Below are positions 1-9,507 of a stretch of DNA of 54,599 bases, one piece after another. The notes beneath the pieces were generated by a model that was not told the DNA's origin, searched no databases, and worked only from the letters and a program-made list of their open reading frames with translations. Source of the stretch: Bacteroidota bacterium (GTDB lineage: Bacteria; Bacteroidota; Bacteroidia; Chitinophagales; Chitinophagaceae). Numbering within the stretch: position 1 is the stretch's first letter; every line of letters starts with the position of its first letter. The stretch covers positions 1 through 54,599 of the forward strand of contig SXYR01000101.1 in NCBI GenBank assembly GCA_005788265.1, given 5' to 3'. Both the position numbers and the translations under genes were made by a program.

Positions 1-242
1 ATGGTGAGCAGATCGCCTTTTGAAAATCCCTTTGCATTCCCCTCAACATATTCAGCAGCCAATTCGTGTCCCAATACCCTTGGATAGGTAAAATAAGGTT
101 GTACGCCTTTGAATGCATGGAGGTCTGTCCCGCAAATTCCGATCTGTTTTATTTTGACAATGGAAGAACCAGGAACGAGCATTGGATCATCTACATGATG
201 CATTTGCAGTTCACCCGGACGAATACAAACAACCGATTTCAT
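1..242 (-). CDS. Zinc-dependent (MDR family) alcohol/sugar-acid dehydrogenase, N-terminal part, truncated by window edge
   Basis: Manual translation from ATG at 242: MKSVVCIRPGELQM...KQIGICGTDLHAFKGVQPYFTYPRVLGHELAAE. GICGTDLH and GHE are the catalytic-zinc motifs of MDR dehydrogenases. Absent from the ORF track because it runs off the edge. Confidence 0.88.
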   Translation of the reverse strand, partial: MKSVVCIRPGELQMHHVDDPMLVPGSSIVKIKQIGICGTDLHAFKGVQPYFTYPRVLGHELAAEYVEGNAKGFSKGDLLT

Positions 243-312
243 AGCAGTTGGAAAGTAATAAAAAGAATTGGATTTGTATTGAATGATTTAAATTGGGTAA
301 CAATATTTTCAA

Positions 313-2241
313 ATGAATAAAATCATTTTCCTACTTGCCTTTTTGTTGGCCGCCACCCTTGGTTTTGGACAAGTATCAAAAATGCCCGCCTATCCATTGA
401 TTACACATGACCCCTATTTAAGCATCTGGTCATTCAGCGACCTTGCAAATGAATCCAATACAAGACACTGGACTGGGAGAGAACAGGCAATTTTGATCAC
501 AGCCGAAGTGGATGGTTTGGTATATCAGTTGATGGGGAAAAAGGAGAGCGAGAAAATTATACATGCAAAACAATCTTCACTGAATGTAACAGCTACAACT
601 ACAAAATACCAATTTGATTGTGGAGGAACATCTATTGATATAGATTTTTTATCCCCTTTGATCGCCACCGACCTGAATCTTTTATCCAGGCCTCTTTCCT
701 ACATTGATTTTTCATCGAATAGCATGGATGGCAAAAAGCATAACATTGATGTGCAAGTAAAAATAAGCGGAGATATTGCTGTGAATGAAAAAACTGAATC
801 AACCTCTTTCTCAACCGGCTCCAATCAATCAATTCGATTTGTCAAAGTAGGCACCAACGAACAAAAAGTATTGGGGAAAAAAGGAGACAACCTGAGAATC
901 AACTGGGGCTATGGATACCTGGCATCAGCTGATAGAAAAACCGTTTTGAGCAATGGCAACCAGTACATGTCTGCATCCTTCACGCTGACTGTAAACCCAG
1001 GTAAAACTGCCAGCAATTATCTCATGGTTGCCTACGACGACCTGTATTCTATTCAATATTTTGGTGAACCCTTAGAAGCATGGTGGAAGAAAATATATGG
1101 CAACATGGACAATCTTCTTCTTACGGGAGCGAAAGAACATGCAAATATTGTTGCTACATGCAAAGCTTTTGATCAATCGCTTTACAATGAATCATTACAG
1201 GCTGGAGGAAAAAACTATGCTGAACTTTGCATTGCTGCATATCGTCAATCACTTGCTGCACACAAGTTGGTGAGGGGTAGCAAAAATGAAATACTGTTCC
1301 CACAAAAAGAAAATTTTAGCAACGGTTCCATTTGGACTGTAGATGTAACATACCCCTCGGCACCTCTTACATTGATTTACAATCCGGCTCTCCTCAAAGG
1401 AATGGTTGAACCATTGATTGAGTACAGTGAAACTGGCAGATGGACCAAACCCTTTGCAGCACATGATTTGGGGACCTATCCTTTGGCAAATGGACAAACC
1501 TATCCGGAAGACATGCCCGTGGAAGAAGCTGGAAACATGATTCTGCTGTCTGCCGCCATCTGCAGGGCTGAAAATAATTATTCATTTGCCAAGAAGCATT
1601 GGGAGACACTCACACAGTGGGTAGATTTTTTGGTGAAGGATGGATTTGATCCCACCAATCAATTGTGCACGGATGACTTTGCAGGACATCTCGCCAGAAA
1701 TGTTAATCTATCAATGAAAGCCATCACAGGCATTGGCGCATATGCCCAAATGGCGAGTGGACTGGGAGAAAGCAGCATCTCATCCAAATACAATTCCATC
1801 GCAAAAGAATTCGCAGCAAAATGGATTGCCATGTCAGATGAAGGCGATCATTTTGCATTGACGTTTGATAAAAACAATACGTGGAGTCAGAAATACAATC
1901 TTGTATGGGATAAATTATTGAAACTGAATTTATTTCCAGATGCTGTGTATGCGAAAGAGATTGCCTATTATTTGACAAAGCAACAGCCATTCGGACTTCC
2001 ATTGGACAGCAGGAAGACCTATACAAAAAGCGATTGGATTCTGTGGACAGCCACATTGGCAAATGATAAAAAAGATTTTGATGCCCTGATAAATCCAGTA
2101 CATCATTTCATGACTTCAACACCCACCAGGGTCCCATTGAGTGATTGGCATGAAACCACCAATGGCAAACAAGTTGGATTTCAGGCCAGAAGTGTTGTTG
2201 GAGGTTATTTCATAAAATTGCTCGAACAGAAATGGAGATGA
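313..2241 (+). CDS. Secreted glutaminase A (GtaA)-like / DUF4965-DUF5127-DUF1793 family protein
   Basis: N-terminal signal peptide. PAYPLITHDPYLSIWS, KENFSNG, TVDVTYP, AAHDLGTYP, MPVEEAGNM, QLCTDDFAG and KSDW motifs are typical of this family. Confidence 0.8.
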   Translation: MNKIIFLLAFLLAATLGFGQVSKMPAYPLITHDPYLSIWSFSDLANESNTRHWTGREQAILITAEVDGLVYQLMGKKESEKIIHAKQSSLNVTATTTKYQFDCGGTSIDIDFLSPLIATDLNLLSRPLSYIDFSSNSMDGKKHNIDVQVKISGDIAVNEKTESTSFSTGSNQSIRFVKVGTNEQKVLGKKGDNLRINWGYGYLASADRKTVLSNGNQYMSASFTLTVNPGKTASNYLMVAYDDLYSIQYFGEPLEAWWKKIYGNMDNLLLTGAKEHANIVATCKAFDQSLYNESLQAGGKNYAELCIAAYRQSLAAHKLVRGSKNEILFPQKENFSNGSIWTVDVTYPSAPLTLIYNPALLKGMVEPLIEYSETGRWTKPFAAHDLGTYPLANGQTYPEDMPVEEAGNMILLSAAICRAENNYSFAKKHWETLTQWVDFLVKDGFDPTNQLCTDDFAGHLARNVNLSMKAITGIGAYAQMASGLGESSISSKYNSIAKEFAAKWIAMSDEGDHFALTFDKNNTWSQKYNLVWDKLLKLNLFPDAVYAKEIAYYLTKQQPFGLPLDSRKTYTKSDWILWTATLANDKKDFDALINPVHHFMTSTPTRVPLSDWHETTNGKQVGFQARSVVGGYFIKLLEQKWR

Positions 2242-2969
2242 TGAAATCTGCAGGCAAGAAAGAAGGTATCCAAATCAACAAATACATCAGCAACGCTGGC
2301 TTCTGTTCAAGAAGAGAAGCCGACAAGCTTATTGAACAATTGCGTGTCACCATCAATGGAGAATGTGTCTTGCCAACAGCCCGTGTTATGGAAGGAGATG
2401 AAGTAGCGATTGATGGCGAGCGGATCAAAAATAAACAGAGACCTATATATATTGCCTTGAACAAACCAGTTGGAGTTACCTCAACGACAGACATGGGTGA
2501 TAAAACCAATATCATACGCTTCATGAATCATCCCAAAAGAATATTTCCGGTTGGCCGCCTCGACAAAGATTCTGAGGGTTTGATCCTGCTGACCAATGAC
2601 GGTGATATTGTCAACAAGATCCTGCGCTCCAGCAACAACAATGAGAAGGAATATGTGGTAACAGTAGACAAAGGACTGACGCCTGAAATGATCAAGGAAA
2701 TGGCCACGGGTGTTAGGATACTTGGTGAATGGACCAAGCCCTGTTTTGTTCGCATGGAAGGTTCGAGACGCTTTCGTATCATCCTCAAGCAGGGTCTCAA
2801 CCGCCAGATCAGGCGCATGTGTGAGGTTTTCGGCTACAAGGTTAAGACCTTGAAACGCATCCGCATCATGCATATTGAGCTGGGCAATCTGGCAACAGGC
2901 AAATGGCGTTATCTGACCCCTGCAGAAATGGATCAGCTGGAAAAAAAGTTGAAGGACGCTAGCAATTAA
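2232..2969 (+). CDS. rluF: 23S rRNA pseudouridine synthase, RluF-like (RsuA/RluB/E/F family)
   Basis: S4 domain (NKYISNAGFCSRREAD), catalytic GRLDKDSEG, GLNRQIRRM. Confidence 0.85.
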   Translation: MEMMKSAGKKEGIQINKYISNAGFCSRREADKLIEQLRVTINGECVLPTARVMEGDEVAIDGERIKNKQRPIYIALNKPVGVTSTTDMGDKTNIIRFMNHPKRIFPVGRLDKDSEGLILLTNDGDIVNKILRSSNNNEKEYVVTVDKGLTPEMIKEMATGVRILGEWTKPCFVRMEGSRRFRIILKQGLNRQIRRMCEVFGYKVKTLKRIRIMHIELGNLATGKWRYLTPAEMDQLEKKLKDASN

Positions 2970-3185
2970 ACCCTTGTTTCAGGATCTGCACATATCCCGG
3001 CAATTTGGATCTTATGTTTTTATGAGATCAACATTGGGCGTAAATGTATTGGGTGTTTAATAAAAGTATATTTAATAGAATAAATACTTGTTCTGCTTAC
3101 TTATTAATTACAAAGAATTAAGTTTGAACTTTTCGTGTTAATGCCATACACTCATTGATTGCAGAACAGGCAAGCATTTCAGAGC

Positions 3186-3219
3186 AAAAAAAATCGGTCA
3201 ACCATTTAAAGTTGACCGA
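3186..3219 (-). terminator. Intrinsic terminator downstream of tRNA-Glu
   Basis: 9-bp inverted repeat TCGGTCAAC (3194-3202) / GTTGACCGA (3211-3219), followed on the minus strand by T8 (3193-3186). Confidence 0.8.
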
Positions 3220-3232
3220 AATTCGCGTTTTG

Positions 3233-3304
3233 TAGCCCGTAGGGGAATCGAACCCCTCATTCCTCCGTGAAAGGGAGGCGTCTTAACCGATTGACCAACG
3301 GGCC
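3233..3304 (-). tRNA. tRNA-Glu (anticodon TTC), CCA not encoded
   Basis: Minus strand GGCCCGT...CCTCC-CTTTCAC-GGAGG...AGGGG-TTCGATT-CCCCT-ACGGGCT-A: full cloverleaf, T-loop TTCGA; followed by CAA rather than CCA. Confidence 0.96.
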
Positions 3305-3320
3305 GTTATCAAAAGGAACG

Positions 3321-3328
3321 CAAAGGTA
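3321..3328 (-). promoter_or_regulatory. Bacteroidota -7 promoter element for tRNA-Glu
   Basis: TACCTTTG matches TAnnTTTG, 16 nt upstream of the tRNA 5' end. Confidence 0.7.
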
Positions 3329-3369
3329 AGTTCTTATAGAAATATGGCCAAAAAAACTGGAATAGTTCC

Positions 3370-3377
3370 TAACTTCG
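3370..3377 (+). promoter_or_regulatory. Putative -7 promoter element for gap-pgk
   Basis: TAACTTCG (one mismatch to TAnnTTTG), 32 nt before the gap ATG, divergent from the tRNA promoter. Confidence 0.55.
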
Positions 3378-3409
3378 CCCCACTTTTTTGACACTAAAAG
3401 CAATCAATT

Positions 3410-4423
3410 ATGAGCACAGTTAAAGTAGCCATCAACGGATTCGGTAGAATAGGAAGACTTGCATACCGCCAGATATACAATATGCAGGGAATTGATGTTG
3501 TTGCCATCAATGACCTAACCAGTCCAAAAGTTTTGGCACATCTCCTTAAATACGATACGGCACAAGGCCGCTTTGAGCAGGATGTAACTGCCACAGATAA
3601 TTCAATCATCGTAAACGGACACGAAGTAAAAATATATGCCCAAAAAGACCCGGCACAGATTCCATGGGGCACCCATCAGGTAGATGTGGTGCTGGAGTGT
3701 ACTGGTTTTTTCACGGACAAGGATAAAGCTGCATCGCATATAACTGCAGGTGCACGAAAAGTCGTTATCTCTGCTCCTGCAACAGGCGATTTAAAAACAA
3801 TTGTATTCAACACCAACCACGATATTCTCGATGGTTCTGAAAGCGTCATCAGCTGTGCATCGTGCACCACCAATTGCCTTGCACCTATGGCCAAGGTTTT
3901 GGAAGACAAATATGGCATTGTCACCGGATTGATGACCACTGTTCACGCATATACCAATGATCAAAATACGCAAGATGCGCCACATCCGAAAGGTGACCTG
4001 CGCAGAGCACGTGCTGCAGCACAAAATATTGTTCCTAACAGTACCGGAGCTGCAAAAGCAATTGGACTTGTGCTTCCTTCATTGAAAGGTAAATTGGATG
4101 GAACTGCACAGCGCGTTCCGACATTGACTGGATCATTGACAGAGCTTACGGTTATTTTGAATAAAAAAACATCTACAGAAGAAATCAATGCTGCCATGAA
4201 AGCTGCAGCTAATGATAGCTATGGTTATACAGAAGATGAAATCGTTTCAGGCGATGTGATCGGTATCAGCTATGGTTCTTTGTTTGATGCCACCCAGACC
4301 AAAGTACAAACAGTCGGAGACCATCAACTCGTTAGAACAGTGAGTTGGTACGACAATGAGATGAGCTATGTAAGTCAGCTTGTCCGCACTGTGAAATACT
4401 TTGCACAGTTGATATCAAAATAA
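3410..4423 (+). CDS. gap: Type I glyceraldehyde-3-phosphate dehydrogenase
   Basis: INGFGRIGR, catalytic [13 protein letters not shown]. Confidence 0.98.
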   Translation: MSTVKVAINGFGRIGRLAYRQIYNMQGIDVVAINDLTSPKVLAHLLKYDTAQGRFEQDVTATDNSIIVNGHEVKIYAQKDPAQIPWGTHQVDVVLECTGFFTDKDKAASHITAGARKVVISAPATGDLKTIVFNTNHDILDGSESVISCASCTTNCLAPMAKVLEDKYGIVTGLMTTVHAYTNDQNTQDAPHPKGDLRRARAAAQNIVPNSTGAAKAIGLVLPSLKGKLDGTAQRVPTLTGSLTELTVILNKKTSTEEINAAMKAAANDSYGYTEDEIVSGDVIGISYGSLFDATQTKVQTVGDHQLVRTVSWYDNEMSYVSQLVRTVKYFAQLISK

Positions 4424-4439
4424 TATTCTCTTATACATG

Positions 4440-4471
4440 AACCCGGCAGTCGAACTGCCGGGTTTCTTTTT
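4440..4471 (+). terminator. Intrinsic terminator or stabilising hairpin between gap and pgk
   Basis: AACCCGGCAGT-CGA-ACTGCCGGGTT stem (4440-4464) followed by TCTTTTT. Confidence 0.8.
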
Positions 4472-4483
4472 AAATCAACGTTC

Positions 4484-5683
4484 ATGTACACATTCAGCAA
4501 GACAAATTTTGGAGGAAAAAAAGCTTTGGTGCGAGTTGATTTCAACGTTCCACTCAATGAAAATTTTAAAGTCACAGATGATACCAGGATGCGCGCTGCT
4601 TTGCCAACGATTCATAAAATACTTAAAGATGGCGGAAGCGTGATTTTGATGAGTCACTTGGGAAGACCAAAAGATGGGCCATCTAATAAATATTCATTGA
4701 AACATTTGGTTGGCCACCTTCAAGAGCTGGTTGGAAAAGAATACCCTGTTCATTTTGCAGATGATTGCATTGGGGCTGCAGTTGAAAAATCAGCCAATGA
4801 TCTGAAATATGGAGAAGTACTCCTGTTGGAGAATCTGCGCTTCCACAAAGAGGAGGAAAAAGGTGACATGGGATTTGCAGAGAAACTTCATAAGCTGGGC
4901 GATGTCTATATCAATGATGCATTTGGAACCGCACATCGCGCACATGCATCCACCGCCATCATTGCAGATTTTTTTGATTCAGATAAAAAAATGTTTGGAC
5001 TGCTAATGGAAGGTGAAGTAAAAAGTGCGGAGAAAGTACTGCTAAAATCAGACCAGCCATTCACTGCGATCATTGGCGGCGCCAAAGTATCTGACAAAAT
5101 TCTCATTATTGAAAATTTATTGAACAAGGCTACAGATATCATCATAGGTGGTGGAATGGCATACACATTTTGGAAAGCACAGGGAAAAGAAATAGGAAAT
5201 TCATTGTGTGAAGAAGATCGCCTATCACTTGCTGCTGAACTTCTCGAAAAAGCAAAAGCAAAAGGCGTCAATATCCATCTGCCTATCGACAGCACCATTG
5301 CTGATAAATTCTCGAACGATGCCACCACTGCCAATTGCGAGAGCTATGGTATTCCATCCGGGTGGATGGGACTGGATATTGGAGAAAAGGCAAGAGCAGA
5401 TTTTAGAAAGGTAATCCTGAGCAGCAAAACTATTTTATGGAATGGACCCATGGGTGTGTTCGAAATGGAAAAATTCCAGGGTGGAACCAAGGCAATTGCT
5501 GAGGCTGTGGCAGAGGCAACCCAACAGGGCGCTTTCTCTCTGGTCGGAGGCGGCGACAGCGTTGCGGCGGTCAACCAATTCGGATTCAATGACAAAGTCA
5601 GTTACGTATCCACCGGTGGTGGGGCCATGCTGGAGTTCTTCGAAGGAAAAGTTCTTCCGGGAATCGCGGCAATTAAAAATTAA
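4484..5683 (+). CDS. pgk: Phosphoglycerate kinase
   Basis: [39 protein letters not shown]. Confidence 0.98.
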   Translation: MYTFSKTNFGGKKALVRVDFNVPLNENFKVTDDTRMRAALPTIHKILKDGGSVILMSHLGRPKDGPSNKYSLKHLVGHLQELVGKEYPVHFADDCIGAAVEKSANDLKYGEVLLLENLRFHKEEEKGDMGFAEKLHKLGDVYINDAFGTAHRAHASTAIIADFFDSDKKMFGLLMEGEVKSAEKVLLKSDQPFTAIIGGAKVSDKILIIENLLNKATDIIIGGGMAYTFWKAQGKEIGNSLCEEDRLSLAAELLEKAKAKGVNIHLPIDSTIADKFSNDATTANCESYGIPSGWMGLDIGEKARADFRKVILSSKTILWNGPMGVFEMEKFQGGTKAIAEAVAEATQQGAFSLVGGGDSVAAVNQFGFNDKVSYVSTGGGAMLEFFEGKVLPGIAAIKN

Positions 5684-5760
5684 CCTTCCATCACATTGCT
5701 CAAAGGTTAACAAAGCCTTGATGGCTTTTGCCCTATCTTTATGCCCTTAATTATAAAATT

Positions 5761-6357
5761 ATGAGCACACGTAACATTGTCCTTATCAGCATCGTAGCTT
5801 TTATTCTTCTTTTGGGAGGATGTGGTTGCAGCGGTTACAACGGACTTGTACAAAAAGATCAAAATGTAAAATCAAAATGGGCCAACGTTGAAAGTGATTA
5901 TCAACGCAGAGCTGACCTGATTCCCAATTTGGTAAACACCGTAAAAGGTGCTGCCAACTTTGAACAGGAAACCATCACCGCGGTTATTGAAGCCAGGTCA
6001 AAAGCAACACAGACCACTGTGAACGCCAACGATCTCTCTCCTGAAAAAATTGCCGAATTCCAAAAAGCACAAGGTCAATTAAGCGGAGCCATCGGAAGAT
6101 TGCTCGTCAGTGTTGAGAGATACCCAGAATTGAAAGCTACAGAAGCTTTCCGTGACCTCCAGGCACAATTGGAAGGAACAGAAAACAGAATCAAGGTATC
6201 AAGAAATGATTTCAATGCAGCTGTGCAAGACTACAATACCAGTGTGAAGAAATTCCCGATGGTGCTTTTCAGCGGCTTGTTTGGCTTCAACGAAAAAGGA
6301 TACTTCACTGCAGAAGCTGGCTCAGAGAAAGCGCCAACAGTTGATTTCAAAAATTAA
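5761..6357 (+). CDS. lemA: LemA family protein
   Basis: YQRRADLIPNLV, ERYPELKA, LEGTENRI. Start moved from TTG 5728 to ATG 5761, which lies 19 nt after a TATCTTTA promoter-like box. Confidence 0.92.
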   Translation: MSTRNIVLISIVAFILLLGGCGCSGYNGLVQKDQNVKSKWANVESDYQRRADLIPNLVNTVKGAANFEQETITAVIEARSKATQTTVNANDLSPEKIAEFQKAQGQLSGAIGRLLVSVERYPELKATEAFRDLQAQLEGTENRIKVSRNDFNAAVQDYNTSVKKFPMVLFSGLFGFNEKGYFTAEAGSEKAPTVDFKN

Positions 6358-6360
6358 TCT

Positions 6361-6825
6361 GTGAATTTATTATCATTCTTTACGGGCAGAAAAAAATCTT
6401 TTTTCTCCAAAGAAGATGAAGAACGGATGGTGCAGGCCATCCGTTTTGCTGAAAAGCAAACCAGTGGAGAGGTTAGACTCTACATTGAAAGCAACTGTTC
6501 CTATATCAATCCAATTGACAGGGCAAAAGAATTGTTTGCAGAATTGAACATGCATAAAACCAAAGACCAGAATGGCGTGCTCCTTTATTTTGCAATGAAA
6601 GACAGGCAAATGGCGATTTGGGGCGATGAGGGCATTCATCAGAAAATGGGGCAAGCATTTTGGGAACAAGAAGTTGCTGCGATTCTCAGTGAATTCAAGA
6701 GCAACCATTTTGTAGAAGGCATTTGCCATATGATCCACGATGTTGGTGATGCATTGAAAATGCATTTCCCTTATGCATCTGATGATAAAAATGAATTAGA
6801 CGACAACATCGTATTTGGGAAATGA
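6361..6825 (+). CDS. TPM domain-containing protein (short, no signal peptide)
   Basis: AEKQTSGEVR, NGVLLY, GDEGIH, C-terminal NELDD; typical second gene of lemA-TPM-TPM operons; GTG start. Confidence 0.85.
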   Translation: MNLLSFFTGRKKSFFSKEDEERMVQAIRFAEKQTSGEVRLYIESNCSYINPIDRAKELFAELNMHKTKDQNGVLLYFAMKDRQMAIWGDEGIHQKMGQAFWEQEVAAILSEFKSNHFVEGICHMIHDVGDALKMHFPYASDDKNELDDNIVFGK

Positions 6826-7586
6826 TCAAACAGCTGCTTACTATATTATCCATGTTTCTTTTCTCGTCTGTGTTAGCACAAATTGAGAAAGAACTTCCTG
6901 CTAAACCCAATCCCCCGAAATTGGTAGTGGATTATACCAATACGCTGAGTCCAGATCAAACTTATTCACTGGAACAAAAGTTGGTGGCATTTGATGACTC
7001 TACTTCAAGCCAAATATCGGTAGTGATCATGGAAAGTACCGGTGAAAGAGACATTGCAGATGTTGCTTTTGCCTTGGGGAGAGCATGGGGAATCGGAAAC
7101 AAGGAATTCAACAACGGTATTCTCGTTCTTGTTGCAAAAAATGACCGAAAAATATTCATTGCCACCGGCTATGGTTTGGAAGGTGCACTGCCTGATGCAA
7201 TTGCCAAACAAATCATTGCCAACGAAATCAGGCCCAATTTTCGTGAAAATGATTTTTACCGCGGATTGGATGAAGGGACCAATGCAATTATAGAGTCCAT
7301 TCAGGGTGAATACCAAGCACCAGAAGGATACAACCAAAAAGACAAGAAAGGCGTTCCAGGTATTCTCATACTTATCATTGTCATCATCATCATGTCCATT
7401 ATAAAAAGAGGCGGTGGTGGCGGTGGTCATTACAACAGACGCGGATATCATCGAGGCAGTGGTATGTGGCTCTTTCCAGGCGCTGGTGGATTCGGTGGCG
7501 GATTTGGAGGAGGAAGCAGTGGTGGTGGATTTGGTGGATTCGGTGGGGGCAGCTTTGGTGGCGGTGGTGCTGGTGGGGATTGGTAA
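6822..7586 (+). CDS. TPM (YgcG-like) domain protein with TM helix and Gly-rich tail
   Basis: Signal peptide, WGIG..NNGILVLVA..DRKIFIATGYGLEGALPD, TM segment, tail ending GGGSFGGGGAGGDW. Confidence 0.9.
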   Translation: MIKQLLTILSMFLFSSVLAQIEKELPAKPNPPKLVVDYTNTLSPDQTYSLEQKLVAFDDSTSSQISVVIMESTGERDIADVAFALGRAWGIGNKEFNNGILVLVAKNDRKIFIATGYGLEGALPDAIAKQIIANEIRPNFRENDFYRGLDEGTNAIIESIQGEYQAPEGYNQKDKKGVPGILILIIVIIIMSIIKRGGGGGGHYNRRGYHRGSGMWLFPGAGGFGGGFGGGSSGGGFGGFGGGSFGGGGAGGDW

Positions 7587-7592
7587 AAATCG

Positions 7593-7612
7593 GTTAACAG
7601 TTAACTGTTAAC
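7593..7612. repeat. Perfect 20-bp palindrome built from GTTAAC-N heptamers in a convergent intergenic gap
   Basis: GTTAACAGTTAACTGTTAAC is its own reverse complement; three GTTAAC at 7-nt spacing. Confidence 0.9.
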
Positions 7613-7614
7613 TA

Positions 7615-9018
7615 CTAACCAAGTCCCATTTCTTGATGCATCTCTGGGATTTCAACATCTGTAAATCCTTTGCGCAGCAATCTTTCTCTAAAATCAATTT
7701 GCACTGGATATTCTCCGTGCACCAGGAAAACTTTTTTTACACGTCGAGGGTCCTGACAAGATAAAAACTGAGAAAGATCTTCATAGTCACCATGTGCACT
7801 CATGCTCCTGATGCTGCCTACCTCAGCATGGATTTCATGTTGCACCCCATAAATACCAACTTCCTTTTTGCCCGACTGTATTCTTGCTCCTAAAGAATGG
7901 GGCTCACAATACCCGGTAAGCAAAATTGAGTTTCTGGAATTCTCAATGGTATTGCTGATATGGTGTTTCACCCGCCCGGCATCTGCCATCCCACTTGCAG
8001 AAATGATCACACATGGTTCATTGCGAAAATTCAACAACTTGGATTCATCCACTGTTTTGATATACCTCAATCCTGCGAACTTGAAGGGATCTTCATCTTT
8101 TTCCAATACTTTTCGAATCCGGGGATTGAAATACTGCGGATATTTTTTCACGATTTCGGTTGCTTCGACACTCAGTGGACTATCAACAAAATAGTCCAGT
8201 TCCGGCAATCTCCGTTCGAGCTCCAACTGGTTCAAAGCATAGAGCAACTCTTGTGTCCTTCCAACGCTGAAAGCAGGAATCACCAACTTCCCTTTTTTTT
8301 GAATACACGTCTTCTCGATCCACTTCAATAAATGATCTGGCGTTGGTTGATGAAGATCATGCAATGAATTACCATAAGTGGATTCAATGATGATGATATC
8401 AGCCTGTGGAAACGCATCAGGCGATTTCAAAATAACATCACGGTATCTTCCTACATCACCACTAAATGTAACAGACTGTTGTTGTCCATTTTCATTGATG
8501 CGCAGATGCACTGCTGCACTTCCTATGATATGACCAGCATCTGTATACAAGAGTTCTATGCCCGGTTCAATCAAAGTCCATGCTCCATAATCCACGACAC
8601 TGAATTGATTCAACGCTGCCTCTGCTTCCTCCATTGTATACAAGGGCTTAAGCAATGGAAGTCCGCTTGCCTTGCGCTTTTTATTGTGGTACTTGATGTC
8701 ATCCTCCTGAATACGTGCAGAATCTACCAACAGCACGGCTGTCAGCTCTCGCGTGGCAGGGGTACAAAATATTTTTCCCTTGAAACCATCACTGACCAAT
8801 TTCGGTATGAGACCACTGTGATCAATATGTGCATGAGACAAGATCAGGTAATCAATTGTGCTGGGATCGAATCCAAAATGTCTGTTCAGGGAATCAGTCT
8901 GCTTGCCCATTCCTTGAAACATCCCACAATCCAATAAAATTTTTTTCCCATTGTTAAGTAGAATCAGATGTTTGGAGCCTGTAACTGTTCTTGCTGCACC
9001 ATGAAAAATTATTTTCAT
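7615..9018 (-). CDS. MBL-fold beta-CASP ribonuclease-like hydrolase
   Basis: GAARTVTGS, LDCG, HAHIDH, AGHIIG, FSGD, ESTYG, SAHGD, VHGE motifs. Confidence 0.9.
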   Translation of the reverse strand: MKIIFHGAARTVTGSKHLILLNNGKKILLDCGMFQGMGKQTDSLNRHFGFDPSTIDYLILSHAHIDHSGLIPKLVSDGFKGKIFCTPATRELTAVLLVDSARIQEDDIKYHNKKRKASGLPLLKPLYTMEEAEAALNQFSVVDYGAWTLIEPGIELLYTDAGHIIGSAAVHLRINENGQQQSVTFSGDVGRYRDVILKSPDAFPQADIIIIESTYGNSLHDLHQPTPDHLLKWIEKTCIQKKGKLVIPAFSVGRTQELLYALNQLELERRLPELDYFVDSPLSVEATEIVKKYPQYFNPRIRKVLEKDEDPFKFAGLRYIKTVDESKLLNFRNEPCVIISASGMADAGRVKHHISNTIENSRNSILLTGYCEPHSLGARIQSGKKEVGIYGVQHEIHAEVGSIRSMSAHGDYEDLSQFLSCQDPRRVKKVFLVHGEYPVQIDFRERLLRKGFTDVEIPEMHQEMGLG

Positions 9019-9024
9019 TTCAAA

Positions 9025-9507
9025 TCATTTAGATGTCTCCTTGAATGACCAAGTAATTGTAAACTCTGCCACACACCTGTTCTGCTCGTCATATCCTTTT
9101 GAAAAGGTATTGCAGGTGATTCCATTTTTCGTTGATACTGCCTCTTCGATTGCTTGATGTATTTTTTCACCGTCGTGGCATTCAAAACGAACCCTTCCAA
9201 CAGCTTTTTTATGAAAAGATGCTTGCATCGACAACACCAACATAGAAATCCTGGGCCTGCGGTGTTGGGCGTGGACCAGTGCCAAAATACCTGTGCTCAT
9301 CTCTGCAGCCATTGCCAGCACAGCAAAATAAATGGACCTGAATGGATTTTTGGAGAACCATGAGTATCTGATGCCAACAACAGCGGAGGAAGTGGAGAGC
9401 GAATTGATGCGGAGTCCTGCAAAAAAAGCTGCTGGCAATGATTTGGCAAGGTAGATGCGAAACCAAAATGAACTGCTCAGTTTTTTTATCAATATGGATT
9501 GTTCCAT
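9025..9507 (-). CDS. DUF4442 hot-dog fold / thioesterase-like protein
   Basis: LPAAFFAG, KNPFRSIYFA..AMAAEMSTG, F.KKA.GRV.F. Confidence 0.75.
   Translation of the reverse strand: MEQSILIKKLSSSFWFRIYLAKSLPAAFFAGLRINSLSTSSAVVGIRYSWFSKNPFRSIYFAVLAMAAEMSTGILALVHAQHRRPRISMLVLSMQASFHKKAVGRVRFECHDGEKIHQAIEEAVSTKNGITCNTFSKGYDEQNRCVAEFTITWSFKETSK

Noticed and set aside
66-320. 84-aa plus-strand ORF from the ORF track
   Set aside because: Shadow of the minus-strand Zn-dehydrogenase at 1-242, which has clear catalytic motifs.
2700-2940. Locally higher GC (about 52% by hand count) in the 3' half of rluF, next to a tRNA
   Set aside because: ORF is continuous, no junction repeats or mobility genes, and parts of prs look similarly GC-rich; not enough for a horizontal-transfer claim.
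3394-5750. Many antisense and alternate-frame ORFs over gap and pgk (similar ones over guaB, prs, sprA and others)
   Set aside because: No recognisable motifs; expected by-product of codon bias in conserved genes.
7410-7583. GGT/GGC-rich repeat-like DNA
   Set aside because: Encodes the Gly-rich tail usual for YgcG/TPM proteins.
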